Source of the DNA: Candidatus Nanoarchaeia archaeon
GTDB lineage: Archaea > Nanobdellota > Nanobdellia > JAQUSD01
Assembly: GCA_028715295.1 (NCBI GenBank)
Contig: JAQUSD010000002.1
Coordinates: 3,385 to 67,384, forward strand
Direction: 5' to 3'
Length of the DNA: 64,000 nt
Below the pieces are notes generated by a model. The model searched no databases. It was given only the letters and a program-made list of their open reading frames with translations, and was not told where the DNA came from. The position numbers and the translations under genes are program-made. Each line of letters starts with the position of its first letter. Position 1 is the stretch's first letter. Shown one piece after another: positions 28,877 through 38,323 of this stretch.

Positions 28877-30103
28877 TTACTTTGAAAATAATTTGCTAAA
28901 GAACTTAACCTCATTGATTTTTCCTGCTCCAATAAGTTGCACATAAAGCGAATTAAGCAGTGCGTTGTCCGGCTTTATATTGGTTTTTTGATAAAAATCA
29001 GCGAAAGTTAAAAGTATAAAATCCGCATCCAACTTTTCTTCAGCAATGCACCTTTTGAAGAACGCGTTACTAGTTTCAGCATCGGGTATGACTCCTGCAA
29101 ACTCAATAAACTCAATCATGTTGTAAGGACGTAAATAGGCCTCATAATAGGATTTGCCATTTCTCTCTATTGAACCGTATGCCTGCAGATGTAAATAATC
29201 AGATACTAATTCGTCTGAAGGGTTAACTTCAAGAACGTCTTTTATATGTCTAAGCGTACTGATTCTATTCTGGTATCCATAAAACCCTTCCCCAAGTGGC
29301 CTACACTCATATTTGTTATCCCCAAATCTGTAATTATCCTCAAATATAATACGCTCATATAGTTTCTGAATCGTGTTTTCACTTATTTTTGGTTTTTGTC
29401 TTGTCAGCTTCTTCATATCACTGATGTTTCTAAGTCTACCTTCTAAAGAAATACCAGAAAGTCCCCAAATGTAGGACAAATGGGCATCATATGCTTTCTG
29501 TATTGTTTCTTCGCTTGGATTTCTTCCGAAAAATTTCCTTAATTTTTCAAAGTTTTGAGCATTTATTTGTTTCCCTCCATTCTTCTTAAAAGAAAATGTT
29601 CTATCATTCTCCAAAGTATCATAAAATATCTCTTCAACAATTTTTTCATCAGGTTCCATGCCTGTAAATTTTCTTATTTCTCTTAATTTTTTGATGTCTA
29701 CCCCATCACGGCGACGCATTCTTGAATAACTTTTTTCTGCTATTTCTTCAAGTGGGAGTTCAATTTTTTTCCCAAGAAGTTTCATGTATTTTTTAGCGCT
29801 TTTAGTATTCCCAAAAAATGAAAGTTCATTGGTTATGCATTCGATTACGTTTGTTTCTAAATCTCCTGTGGGAAGATATTGCTTTGTGAATCTAGCAATC
29901 CTGAAAACTTGTTCAAAAGAGTAGGTTTTTTTAAATAGTTCATTGTAGGCGTTGAGTACAGCCTGTTCTGACATTTTGTTTCCTGTAAGTGTTTCCAGTT
30001 TTTTGATTTCCTTATACTTATCTTCCAGAAGAAGCTTAGTGTAACTTTCCTGCAATGTACTAACATCCATATTCCTAAAAATATCTTCACTACTCATAAT
30101 CAA
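28877..30103 (-). CDS. Helical repeat protein, PPR-like
   Basis: Recurrent (G)xxP(D/S)Exx motif followed by helices. Confidence 0.6.
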   Translation of the reverse strand: MIMSSEDIFRNMDVSTLQESYTKLLLEDKYKEIKKLETLTGNKMSEQAVLNAYNELFKKTYSFEQVFRIARFTKQYLPTGDLETNVIECITNELSFFGNTKSAKKYMKLLGKKIELPLEEIAEKSYSRMRRRDGVDIKKLREIRKFTGMEPDEKIVEEIFYDTLENDRTFSFKKNGGKQINAQNFEKLRKFFGRNPSEETIQKAYDAHLSYIWGLSGISLEGRLRNISDMKKLTRQKPKISENTIQKLYERIIFEDNYRFGDNKYECRPLGEGFYGYQNRISTLRHIKDVLEVNPSDELVSDYLHLQAYGSIERNGKSYYEAYLRPYNMIEFIEFAGVIPDAETSNAFFKRCIAEEKLDADFILLTFADFYQKTNIKPDNALLNSLYVQLIGAGKINEVKFFSKLFSK

Positions 30104-30275
30104 TTATACTTGGATAAAGTTTATAAAAATATGTTAAACTAAGCTGATAAACAGACGTTAAAAATCAGTATGGTAAGTTTCATATGCCCACATCCAAAAC
30201 CTTTTAAAAACATTGTGTTTTTAATATTAAACATAACAACGATAATAATAGAGTTAAGTTTATTGGTGAAGAAAA

Positions 30276-30566
30276 ATGGTTAAAAGAGCAAAAGGGGGAA
30301 GACAGAATACAAGACACAAGCTAAGCAAGAATTACAGAGAAAAGGGCAAAGTGTCAATAACAAAACATGTTCAGACATTTAATGTTGGAGACAAAGTGCT
30401 TATCAAGCCTGAACCTTCTGTACAGACAGGAATGCCTTTCAGAAGATTCTTTGGCAAAGTAGGCGTAATTATGGGAAAAAAAGGAAAGGCGTATGAAATT
30501 GAAGTGAAAGATTATAACATGAAAAAAACAATAATTTCACTTCCAGTGCATTTAGTTAAGAGGTGA
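30276..30566 (+). CDS. rpl21e: 50S ribosomal protein L21e
   Basis: TRHKL, GDKV.I...PSVQ.GMP..RF.GK.G. Confidence 0.95.
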   Translation: MVKRAKGGRQNTRHKLSKNYREKGKVSITKHVQTFNVGDKVLIKPEPSVQTGMPFRRFFGKVGVIMGKKGKAYEIEVKDYNMKKTIISLPVHLVKR

Positions 30567-30573
30567 TACAAAA

Positions 30574-30906
30574 ATGACATCATTCGAAGTGTTAAATGAA
30601 AAACCAATACCTATTGTTGAGGTAAAAGGACTTATTGGAAAAAGAAAAGATTATACTTATGAGCAGAAGCTTGCTCTTGAGCATGCCAAGGAATTTTCAA
30701 AAATATCTGAAAAAAATGCAAAATCCTTGGGTGAAGAACTTGCGAAACTTGAAATAAGAAGGCTTAAAGACAAAGATATTGTAAAAATAATAGATATGAT
30801 GCCTAAAAGTGTAGATGAATTAAAAGTTATACTTTCAAGTTCAACAACACCAATGACAAAAGAAGAAATGACAAGCGTGATAGAAATTGTTAAGAAATAC
30901 ATATGA
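30574..30906 (+). CDS. rpoF: RNA polymerase subunit F (Rpo4)
   Basis: YEQKLALEH, KIIDMMP..VDELK; position between rpl21e and DUF655. Confidence 0.9.
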   Translation: MTSFEVLNEKPIPIVEVKGLIGKRKDYTYEQKLALEHAKEFSKISEKNAKSLGEELAKLEIRRLKDKDIVKIIDMMPKSVDELKVILSSSTTPMTKEEMTSVIEIVKKYI

Positions 30907-30935
30907 CTACAATAAAACTGTAAAAGTGATGAAAG

Positions 30936-31493
30936 ATGATGAAAAACTACACTGTTGTAAAAAGAGAAGATACTGGGGTAGTGTTAGATTTTCTTCCAAA
31001 TGGACATCCTTTTATGGAGAGAAGACAGCCTGTTGCTCAGGTGTTAGGTGAACAGTATTTTACTCTTCTTGAAGTTGTTCCTAAAGAAGGAATTTTTTTA
31101 ACACCTAATGAAATTGTTTATTTAGGCCCAGATAAAAGAGATAAAGTCCATCATATAATTGGAAAAATAGGTACTGAACAGCTTACTCAGACTGCTAAAT
31201 CAGAACTCCCTTTTATTATAGAGGATATTGTAAACAAAAACGAAAAGAAATATGTTGATTTTTTCAATAATGCAAGTCCTGTAAGTTCAAGATATCATGA
31301 AATTGAACTTCTCCCAGGAATTGGAAAGAAAAACATGTGGAAAATACTTGACGAAAGAAAAATAAAACCATTTGAGAGTTTTGAAGATATTAAAAAAAGA
31401 GTTGAACTTCTCCCAGACCCTAAGAAGTCAATAATTAAAAGGATAATACTGGAAATAGAGGGTGAAGACAAGTATAAGGTTTTCATAAAATGA
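30936..31493 (+). CDS. DUF655 RNA-binding protein
   Basis: VLDFLPNGH, FTLLE, ELLPGIGKK. Confidence 0.92.
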   Translation: MMKNYTVVKREDTGVVLDFLPNGHPFMERRQPVAQVLGEQYFTLLEVVPKEGIFLTPNEIVYLGPDKRDKVHHIIGKIGTEQLTQTAKSELPFIIEDIVNKNEKKYVDFFNNASPVSSRYHEIELLPGIGKKNMWKILDERKIKPFESFEDIKKRVELLPDPKKSIIKRIILEIEGEDKYKVFIK

Positions 31494-31720
31494 CATCTCT
31501 TGAAAGCACTGGAAAAGCGATTCTTAGTTTTCTTACAGAACAGGGCAAATCAATTGCTGAAATTCTTGGGGTAAGTCTTAATGAATCCATGATTTTCATA
31601 TGGATAGGGATATTAATATTATTTCTTTTTGCATTTAATAAACTACAAACGGGATTCATAAAATGGAGCATAATAATTTTTATAATCCTGCTTCTGGTTT
31701 TCATGTTTTATGCTCAGTAG
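31490..31720 (+). CDS. Small membrane protein
   Basis: ATGA overlap with the previous gene; two TM segments. Confidence 0.65.
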   Translation: MTSLESTGKAILSFLTEQGKSIAEILGVSLNESMIFIWIGILILFLFAFNKLQTGFIKWSIIIFIILLLVFMFYAQ

Positions 31721-32196
31721 ATTCCTGCTTCAAGAGAAATATCTATTATGCCTGATTTTTTAACAGCTGAAATTTTCATCCTGCCTGTTTCTGAAAGAAA
31801 AGTTCCTGTGAGTGAAATGTCTTCTGAAGGAATGCTATGGTCTCTGCATTCTACATATATATCTCCTGTAATCCGGTTTGTTCTCTGCCATATGTTAACA
31901 CATATGCTGCTATTTCCAGAAAAAGCAACAGAATATTCGCTGTTATGAACCTTTTTAGGCATGTCTGCTGTAAAACTGACGGATGAAGAATAACCTGAAA
32001 GCCTAACACTGCTGTAAACATTTGTAAGCACATAATCCACCTGGGCAGTAATATCTCGTGAGTAATAATTATACGCCAGTTCCTCAACTCCTGGAAGCAA
32101 GATGTTTATATAAATAAATGAAAGAGCAATAAGCATTACCAGCCCCATTAAAAAAGAGAAAAACTCCCTGATAACAAAAACCTGAGCTTTTTTCAT
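31714..32196 (-). CDS. Archaeal pilin-like protein (class III signal peptide)
   Basis: MKKAQ followed by a hydrophobic helix and a beta-rich C-domain. Confidence 0.65.
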   Translation of the reverse strand: MKKAQVFVIREFFSFLMGLVMLIALSFIYINILLPGVEELAYNYYSRDITAQVDYVLTNVYSSVRLSGYSSSVSFTADMPKKVHNSEYSVAFSGNSSICVNIWQRTNRITGDIYVECRDHSIPSEDISLTGTFLSETGRMKISAVKKSGIIDISLEAGIY

Positions 32197-32233
32197 AAGA
32201 GAAAATATTATTTTTGTATAATATAAAAGTTGT

Positions 32234-33316
32234 TTAAAGTCCTAATTTTTTTAGGATTTCTTTTTTGCTGAATGGTATTAAAGAATCATAGCTTTCCCCT
32301 GTTCCAAGAAAAAGTATTGGTTTTCCTGTTACATAAGCAACTGAAAGAATTGCACCTCCTTTTTCATCACAGTCTGCTTTTGATAGTATTGAGTAATTTA
32401 TATGTCCTGCTTCTCCAAATTTTTTTGCCTGCTCAACAGCATCATTTCCTGTCATAGAATCCCCTACAAATATGCTGTAATCAGGATTTGCAACACGTAT
32501 AATTTTCTTCAATTCATCCATGAGGTTTATATTTGTATGCGAACGTCCGGCAGTATCTATTAACACACAGTCAACAGCTCTTGATTTTGCATACTGAATT
32601 GCATCAAAAGCCACTGCTGCCGAATCTGCACCGTATTTGTGATGTATTAATTTAACTCCCAGTTTATTACAATGCCTTTCAAGCTGTTCTATTGAAGCTG
32701 CTCTGAATGTGTCCCCTCCAGCAACAACACATGAAAACTTGTTCTTTTTAAGCCAATGTGCAAATTTTGCAAGAGATGTTGTCTTGCCAACGCCATTAAC
32801 CCCAAGAAAAACAAAAACCACTGGCTTTTCTGATTTTTTAAGTTCTTTGACAAATTCATCCATATCCTTTTCAATTAGAACATCTTGGACTGATTTTTTA
32901 AGTGAGTTTACTATAAACTCTCTGAAATTTTTTCTTGAAACATAACCTTCCAAAAGTTCTTTTTTCAAAGTTTCTTTGATTTTCTCAATAACCTCATTTG
33001 CAACATTGTTTTCAAGAAGCATAAGTTCAAGCTCCCAAAGAACCCCATCAATGCCTTCTTCATCTATTTTTTTATGTGTTAATTTTTTAAAAAGTCCGAC
33101 TTTTTCTCTTAATTCCTTTTTTGGTTCTTCATCCTGTTTTGTCTTGATTTTTTCCAGCTTCTTTTCTTCTTTAACAGGCTTTTCTTTAGAAGTTTTTTCT
33201 TTTGGTTTCTTTAATGCAGGTTTTTCATCTTTTGGACTACCTTCAGACTCTTTCTTAAATTTCTTTGAAACACTTTCTGCAAAGCCTGCAAGTTTCTTTT
33301 TCAGCGAACCGAACAT
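32234..33316 (-). CDS. ftsY: SRP receptor FtsY
   Basis: GVNGVGKTT, DTFRAA, DTAGR. Confidence 0.97.
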   Translation of the reverse strand: MFGSLKKKLAGFAESVSKKFKKESEGSPKDEKPALKKPKEKTSKEKPVKEEKKLEKIKTKQDEEPKKELREKVGLFKKLTHKKIDEEGIDGVLWELELMLLENNVANEVIEKIKETLKKELLEGYVSRKNFREFIVNSLKKSVQDVLIEKDMDEFVKELKKSEKPVVFVFLGVNGVGKTTSLAKFAHWLKKNKFSCVVAGGDTFRAASIEQLERHCNKLGVKLIHHKYGADSAAVAFDAIQYAKSRAVDCVLIDTAGRSHTNINLMDELKKIIRVANPDYSIFVGDSMTGNDAVEQAKKFGEAGHINYSILSKADCDEKGGAILSVAYVTGKPILFLGTGESYDSLIPFSKKEILKKLGL

Positions 33317-33350
33317 TATACTAAAAGATAAGATGGTTTAATTAAAAAAG

Positions 33351-33755
33351 TTATTGAGGGTAAACTTCTTTTATGATTTTCTGAAGATGTGATTCAATTT
33401 CCCTTATTGAATTTTCTAAGATAGCCTGATTTTTACATATCATTTCAATCTGCTTGTCTATGATTTCTTTTGCGTCAGAAAGCTTTTTTCTTACAACAAC
33501 ACCGTTTCCAACATTTACAAAAACAGTCTTGTCGTCCTTTATTGAAGCATTCATAAAAACACCTGAACCAAGAGGCACCATTACACTCTCTTTTTCCTTG
33601 TTTTTTATTTCATCTATTGTCTGCTTCATCATCTCCATTTCAAGCTTTCTCTCTTCAAATTCGGCAATCTGCTGTTCAAAAGATTTTAACTCATTCTGAA
33701 GAAGCTGAAACTCGTACAATTTTTCCTGAACTTTTTCTTCATTTTTTGATGTCAT
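33351..33755 (-). CDS. pfdA: Prefoldin alpha subunit
   Basis: VPLGSGVF...VNVGNGV hairpins. Confidence 0.93.
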   Translation of the reverse strand: MTSKNEEKVQEKLYEFQLLQNELKSFEQQIAEFEERKLEMEMMKQTIDEIKNKEKESVMVPLGSGVFMNASIKDDKTVFVNVGNGVVVRKKLSDAKEIIDKQIEMICKNQAILENSIREIESHLQKIIKEVYPQ

Positions 33756-33931
33756 TTTGCGAGTGAGATTTTTTCAATGTTTATAACATGTTTTCTTGTT
33801 TTGTGTTTTGAACCAATATTTGCTTTAACAAGATGGACTGCGTGAGTTTCAGAGTTAGCATTAACTTCTTTTGTGAATTTCTGCGTTCTTCCAGCCATTC
33901 TAAAGGTTCCTGTTACAATATATTCTGTCAT
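33752..33931 (-). CDS. rplX: 50S ribosomal protein LX (eL20/L18a); not in ORF track
   Basis: YIVTG.F....QKFTKEV.A...HA......IGSKH; usual position before pfdA. Confidence 0.9.
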   Translation of the reverse strand: MTEYIVTGTFRMAGRTQKFTKEVNANSETHAVHLVKANIGSKHKTRKHVINIEKISLAK

Positions 33932-33933
33932 TT

Positions 33934-34332
33934 TTATTCACTTTTTGATTTTGAATTTTTTGCTGTTTTCTTAGGTTTTTCCTGATTTTCTTTAACTTCT
34001 TTTTGTTCTGACTTTGGTTCCTGCTGATTTTCTTCTTTTACTTCAGGTTTCTGCTTTGAGATATTAAAGAGTCCAACTTTTACTTTATCCTCTGTTTTTG
34101 AGGCAATAACTTTCAGTTTTGCAGGAGGTTTTTTTGAGCCTCTTGCCCAGATTAATTCATTAACATCTTTGTTTATATTCACATTTTCAGTTTTCATGTG
34201 TTTCTTTATGAAATCCCTTATTACAGTAATGCTTTTCTTGCTTCTTTTCCATTTAGGTGATTTAAGAAAGTTTTTCCTAAGAGGTATTGTGTATATCCTT
34301 TCAGTTGTTGGTTTTTTATCGTCTTTTGCCAT
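33934..34332 (-). CDS. rpl31e: 50S ribosomal protein L31e with charged C-terminal tail
   Basis: ERIYTIPLR, FIKKHMK, NELIWARG..KPP. Confidence 0.95.
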   Translation of the reverse strand: MAKDDKKPTTERIYTIPLRKNFLKSPKWKRSKKSITVIRDFIKKHMKTENVNINKDVNELIWARGSKKPPAKLKVIASKTEDKVKVGLFNISKQKPEVKEENQQEPKSEQKEVKENQEKPKKTAKNSKSKSE

Positions 34333-34371
34333 TTTTATTCACTTTCTTAAATGTAATTTAACCAAATAGTA

Positions 34372-34542
34372 TTATGCATCCAGTTTATCATGTCTCCAAT
34401 TTCTTCTTTTGTGGGGATTTAGCCTCCACCTATAAGACCTTCTTTTTCCAAATTTTCTCAAAAGAGCCCAAAAAGGAGCTGCAACGCTTTCGTTGCCTGC
34501 TGCTGCGAGTCTTTTCTTTTTTCCAAGTAATTTATTTGACAT
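34372..34542 (-). CDS. rpl39e: 50S ribosomal protein L39e; not in ORF track
   Basis: KKKRLA...PFW...RRNWR. Confidence 0.9.
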   Translation of the reverse strand: MSNKLLGKKKRLAAAGNESVAAPFWALLRKFGKRRSYRWRLNPHKRRNWRHDKLDA

Positions 34543-34552
34543 TTTGAAAACC

Positions 34553-34990
34553 TTATTGTTTTTTTTCTTTTAAAATTTCGGAAGCTGTCCTGTCAAGAAG
34601 CTGTTTTCCCTTGCCAGTGATAATTCTCCCTTTTAATTTCTGTGATTCTGACTTTTTGAGAAAGCCTGCTGATTCAAGCTGCTGAAGCATTTTCCTCAAA
34701 AGATTTCCTGATGATTTTTTAAAATGAGAAGGCTGGGAACCATTTCTTTTTTTACCACCATATTTAACCCTTAATCTCTGGACACCCATCGGGCTTGTGC
34801 AGTATATACTTCTCAAAACAGCTGCTGCTCTGACGTACCACCAGTCCTTCTGAACAGGAGGCCTCTGTCTGCTTGTTCCAGTCTTAACAAAATCAGCCCA
34901 AACCGGAGCTTTTATCTCATTTACATCTTTTAATTTCTCCTTAACTCTGTGTATAAGGGCTGTTGGGTTTACATCATACACTGTTGCCAT
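34553..34990 (-). CDS. rps19e: 30S ribosomal protein S19e
   Basis: PVWADFVKTG...WWYVRAA, YGG, LQQLE. Confidence 0.96.
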   Translation of the reverse strand: MATVYDVNPTALIHRVKEKLKDVNEIKAPVWADFVKTGTSRQRPPVQKDWWYVRAAAVLRSIYCTSPMGVQRLRVKYGGKKRNGSQPSHFKKSSGNLLRKMLQQLESAGFLKKSESQKLKGRIITGKGKQLLDRTASEILKEKKQ

Positions 34991-35025
34991 TATCTTTCAC
35001 TTATTAATGATATTCTTTTTAAACT

Positions 35026-35328
35026 TTACTCTTTATGTTTTGTGATTTTGTATCTTGAAATATTATTGCAAACCTTACAAGTTTGAACAATATTTGAGCA
35101 TGATATACGCACTCTTGTATTCTTTCCGTGCTTTAAATAATTTCCGCATTTTCTGCAGAATTTTTTTTTGTGATCTGCAAGCGAAACTTTAGCCTTCATC
35201 CCTATTTTCCGTGCAATTTCCACATATCTTTTTGAACGTTCAGGATGCTTTTCAAACTCATTATCTGCAAGTCTGAACAGCAATGCTATTCTTTCCTCTG
35301 CTATTTTCTTAATATTGTCTTTATGCAT
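35026..35328 (-). CDS. rnp4: RNase P protein Rpp21
   Basis: IAEERI..LF, RYVEIARKI, CRKC...CKVC zinc ribbon. Confidence 0.9.
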   Translation of the reverse strand: MHKDNIKKIAEERIALLFRLADNEFEKHPERSKRYVEIARKIGMKAKVSLADHKKKFCRKCGNYLKHGKNTRVRISCSNIVQTCKVCNNISRYKITKHKE

Positions 35329-35411
35329 TATTAAACCATATACAAAATGCGTTAATTTAAGCTTTTTCGCAAGTTTTTTAAAATAGAAAATCATAATGAA
35401 AATTGATTAAA

Positions 35412-35576
35412 ATGGATTTGATTGTAAAAAGTAAAGTAAAAGAATACCTTAAGAAAAAAGGTAAAAGAACATCTCTTGAAGCTATTGAAGCATTAAACAG
35501 AGAAGTACTTCTTCTCTGCGACAAAGCTGCTAAAAGAGCAAAAGATGTTGGAACAATTAAAGAAAGACACGTATAA
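35412..35576 (+). CDS. Short histone-fold protein (face-to-face/alpha3 type), 54 aa; not in ORF track
   Basis: MDLIVKSKVKEYLKKKGKRTSLEAIEALNREVLLLCDKAAKRAKDVGTIKERHV. Confidence 0.8.
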   Translation: MDLIVKSKVKEYLKKKGKRTSLEAIEALNREVLLLCDKAAKRAKDVGTIKERHV

Positions 35577-35654
35577 AAAATGTTCCTGAAGTTTGTTTTA
35601 TTTTTTTATTAATTTTCGATAAATAATTAAATAACTTAATTGTTATATTCTGTC

Positions 35655-35825
35655 ATGACAAAATCACTTGTTGTAAAAAGTTTTGTCAGGAAAATAGCTG
35701 GCAGAAAAAGAGTTTCTTCAGGTTTTTATATAGCTCTTGAAAAAAAGGTGGAGGAGCTAATAAAAGAAGCTTCTGAAAGAGCAGACGGAAACAAAAGAAA
35801 TACACTTATGGAACACGACATTTAA
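35655..35825 (+). CDS. Short histone-fold protein (face-to-face/alpha3 type), 56 aa
   Basis: LVVKS.V...RVS..F..AL..KV..LI..A..RA..N.RNTLMEHD, i.e. RxTxxxxD at the C-terminus. Confidence 0.85.
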   Translation: MTKSLVVKSFVRKIAGRKRVSSGFYIALEKKVEELIKEASERADGNKRNTLMEHDI

Positions 35826-35907
35826 TCTTTTATTATTGGTTTTGGTTTATTGTTTCTATCCACAGAAAACTTTATAAAGAACTTAATTCTCAACAAAAAG
35901 ACGCACA

Positions 35908-36192
35908 ATGCACATAAATACTTACGCGGAAATGGCAAGTAGCAGAGAAGTAGCGATACTCATATCTAAAGAGTGTCCTTACAGCCCAAAGGCTATTGAA
36001 CTCCTTAAAGATATTACAAAGAAAAACAGGGATGTTATATGGAGGACTGTTGAAGCAACTTCTGTTGAAGGAAGACAGATAATAAGGAGATTTGGAATTG
36101 ATGCTGTTCCTGCTTTTATTATAAATGGAAAGCTTGGTTATGTAGGGCTTCCTACAAAACAAGAACTAGAAGTTAAAATAAAAGACAGGTAA
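35908..36192 (+). CDS. Thioredoxin-family protein with CxxS site
   Basis: CPYSP, GIDAVPAFIINGK, VGLP. Confidence 0.8.
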   Translation: MHINTYAEMASSREVAILISKECPYSPKAIELLKDITKKNRDVIWRTVEATSVEGRQIIRRFGIDAVPAFIINGKLGYVGLPTKQELEVKIKDR

Positions 36193-37035
36193 TTATTTAT
36201 CAGACAAGGTTTCTATTAAATCCATCATAGTTTCTAAGTTTCTTTTCTTATGTACAAGCTGTACCTTTACATCTTTATATGTATCCTCTGTTATTTCTTT
36301 TTTAAGAAGTCTTTTATCAAGAAGTTCAAGTTGTGATTGCGATTCTCTGAGTGCTTTTATTACTTTTTCTTCAGCAGTGTCTTTTTTAACAACAGTTATT
36401 TTTTCTTCTTTCTTTTTGTTGAGTTTTATGTATTTTCTTGCTATAACCTGATAAATCTCATTTAAATCATCATCAAGGAGTTTTATTGCTTCCTTGTCTT
36501 TTTTAGCAGTATCCCCTGCGATTACAACCCTTATATCTGCTTTTGATTCTTCTACATTGTATATGCCTGATATTTTAACCCAGAGCATTAAATCTATTTT
36601 ATCTTTTACAAGATAGGTGATGAAGCTTAGTATTAAAAAAACTGTTCCTCCAAGGTAAAAAAAGTCTGGGTAAGGAACTGAAGCCTTAAATAAAAGAACT
36701 AAAAGGAACAACAGTGCTCCAAAACCAGCAAAAAATTTCCATAAAAATGAATGCTTGACTCCTTTTTCATGGCTTTTAACACCTTTTATTATTGACTGAA
36801 GAGGTTTTAACTTACCTCCCTTAAATATCCCTTCAACACCAACGTCTTCAAAATCTGTTAATTTATTGATATTAATGCTGTAGTCAGCATCATCAAGAAG
36901 TTCGGCTGTAAAAGCCCTCATCTCTTCAGGGTCACCTGTTGTTATATACAAATCATAAAAAACATGTTTATGTTTAAGCTTGTCTGACTTAAACTCGTCT
37001 TCATATTTCTCAATAGTTGATTTTTTGTCAAACAT
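36193..37035 (-). CDS. Membrane protein, two central TM helices, SHOCT-like C-terminus
   Basis: Hydrophobic hairpin; LDKRLLKKEITEDTY. Confidence 0.65.
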   Translation of the reverse strand: MFDKKSTIEKYEDEFKSDKLKHKHVFYDLYITTGDPEEMRAFTAELLDDADYSININKLTDFEDVGVEGIFKGGKLKPLQSIIKGVKSHEKGVKHSFLWKFFAGFGALLFLLVLLFKASVPYPDFFYLGGTVFLILSFITYLVKDKIDLMLWVKISGIYNVEESKADIRVVIAGDTAKKDKEAIKLLDDDLNEIYQVIARKYIKLNKKKEEKITVVKKDTAEEKVIKALRESQSQLELLDKRLLKKEITEDTYKDVKVQLVHKKRNLETMMDLIETLSDK

Positions 37036-37085
37036 AGACTTTCCAAATAATAGTAAAACATATCAGTAAATAAAGCTTATCCTTT

Positions 37086-37547
37086 TTAGAAAATTTTTGG
37101 TTTATACTTTCTGAATTTGTACAGGTTATGCTCAATGTAGTGTTTTGTGCCGCTTATGTAGTTGCTTATCTCCTTATAACAATCCATCCTCAACAAGTCA
37201 TCAGCGTCCTGCCTGTTTATTTCACGGCTGTATTTTGTTATTTCTTTAAGATTAGATGTTATAACTGATATGTAAGCCCCTATATCCGCACACAAAGAGT
37301 CTCCTTCAGTATATAAAAGGCTAACTTTATTTTTTAAAGAATTAAGGTTTTGAAGAAGTTCATAGAAAGCTGAATCCTTTTTGCTTTTAAGACAGTCTTC
37401 AACACAAGTTATTACTGCATCAGCAATATCTTCCCTGCCAGTTCTTTTAAGTTCAGGTAGCCATGCCTTGTTTATTTCAAGAGCGTTTTCCCTGTTACCT
37501 GCATCATCTTTCTTTTTCCTTAAGTTTTCAAAAAGTTCATTGTTCAT
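37086..37547 (-). CDS. Hypothetical helical protein
   Basis: ATGA-coupled to the radical SAM gene. Confidence 0.65.
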   Translation of the reverse strand: MNNELFENLRKKKDDAGNRENALEINKAWLPELKRTGREDIADAVITCVEDCLKSKKDSAFYELLQNLNSLKNKVSLLYTEGDSLCADIGAYISVITSNLKEITKYSREINRQDADDLLRMDCYKEISNYISGTKHYIEHNLYKFRKYKPKIF

Positions 37548-38281
37548 TGAATTCTCCCACTTTCTTTCAGGTATTCAATTAAAGAACGCTTTTCAACACG
37601 ACTTTTAAGAAAATTGAAAAGTATTAACTGTTCATTTTCTATTTTTGAATGAACAGAAGGTATTATTTTTTCAAGTTTTTCTAAAAAATCATAATACTTC
37701 TTTTCAGAATACAAATCATGCATAACAGCAAGATTATAGCTTATCCCAGCTTCATCAATACTTTTAACTGCACTTATCTGATTGCTTAGGAATTCTTTTT
37801 TTGCTCCTGTTATCTGCTCAAACATGTCAAAGTCAGATGCTTTTATACTAAGCCTTATATGTAGGTTGCTGAATTTAGAGAGTTCCTTGATATATGAGGG
37901 GTCATAACCAAGAAGGATTCCATTTGTTTCAAGAACAAAAAGACATTCAGAAGGAAGGTTCTTAATAACTTCAATAAGATGGTTTCTGCATATTGTTGGT
38001 TCTCCTCCGGATATCCTGCACTTTCCTGTTTTATTTTCAACCATTAATTTAGTTAATTTCCCAGCAACTTCCTTGGGGGAGAAATAATCTCCGTTTGTTT
38101 CAGGATACCATGCTTTATTCTGAGACCAGCAGTATGAACATCTCAAATTACATCCAGCAACATCAGCAGTTGCTATGCCTCCGTACTGTTTTGCAAACCT
38201 AAATCTGTAATATTTCCTTTTATTATCTACGCAGAACTCCTTTTCTATTTTAGCGCTTAATTTCACTGCATCAAAAGCCAT
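37544..38281 (-). CDS. Radical SAM protein
   Basis: GCNLRCSYC, ISGGEP, LETNG. Confidence 0.93.
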   Translation of the reverse strand: MAFDAVKLSAKIEKEFCVDNKRKYYRFRFAKQYGGIATADVAGCNLRCSYCWSQNKAWYPETNGDYFSPKEVAGKLTKLMVENKTGKCRISGGEPTICRNHLIEVIKNLPSECLFVLETNGILLGYDPSYIKELSKFSNLHIRLSIKASDFDMFEQITGAKKEFLSNQISAVKSIDEAGISYNLAVMHDLYSEKKYYDFLEKLEKIIPSVHSKIENEQLILFNFLKSRVEKRSLIEYLKESGRIQ

Positions 38282-38323
38282 TATACTAAGGATTAAATAG
38301 TTATAAAATAAAAACTGTTTGAA

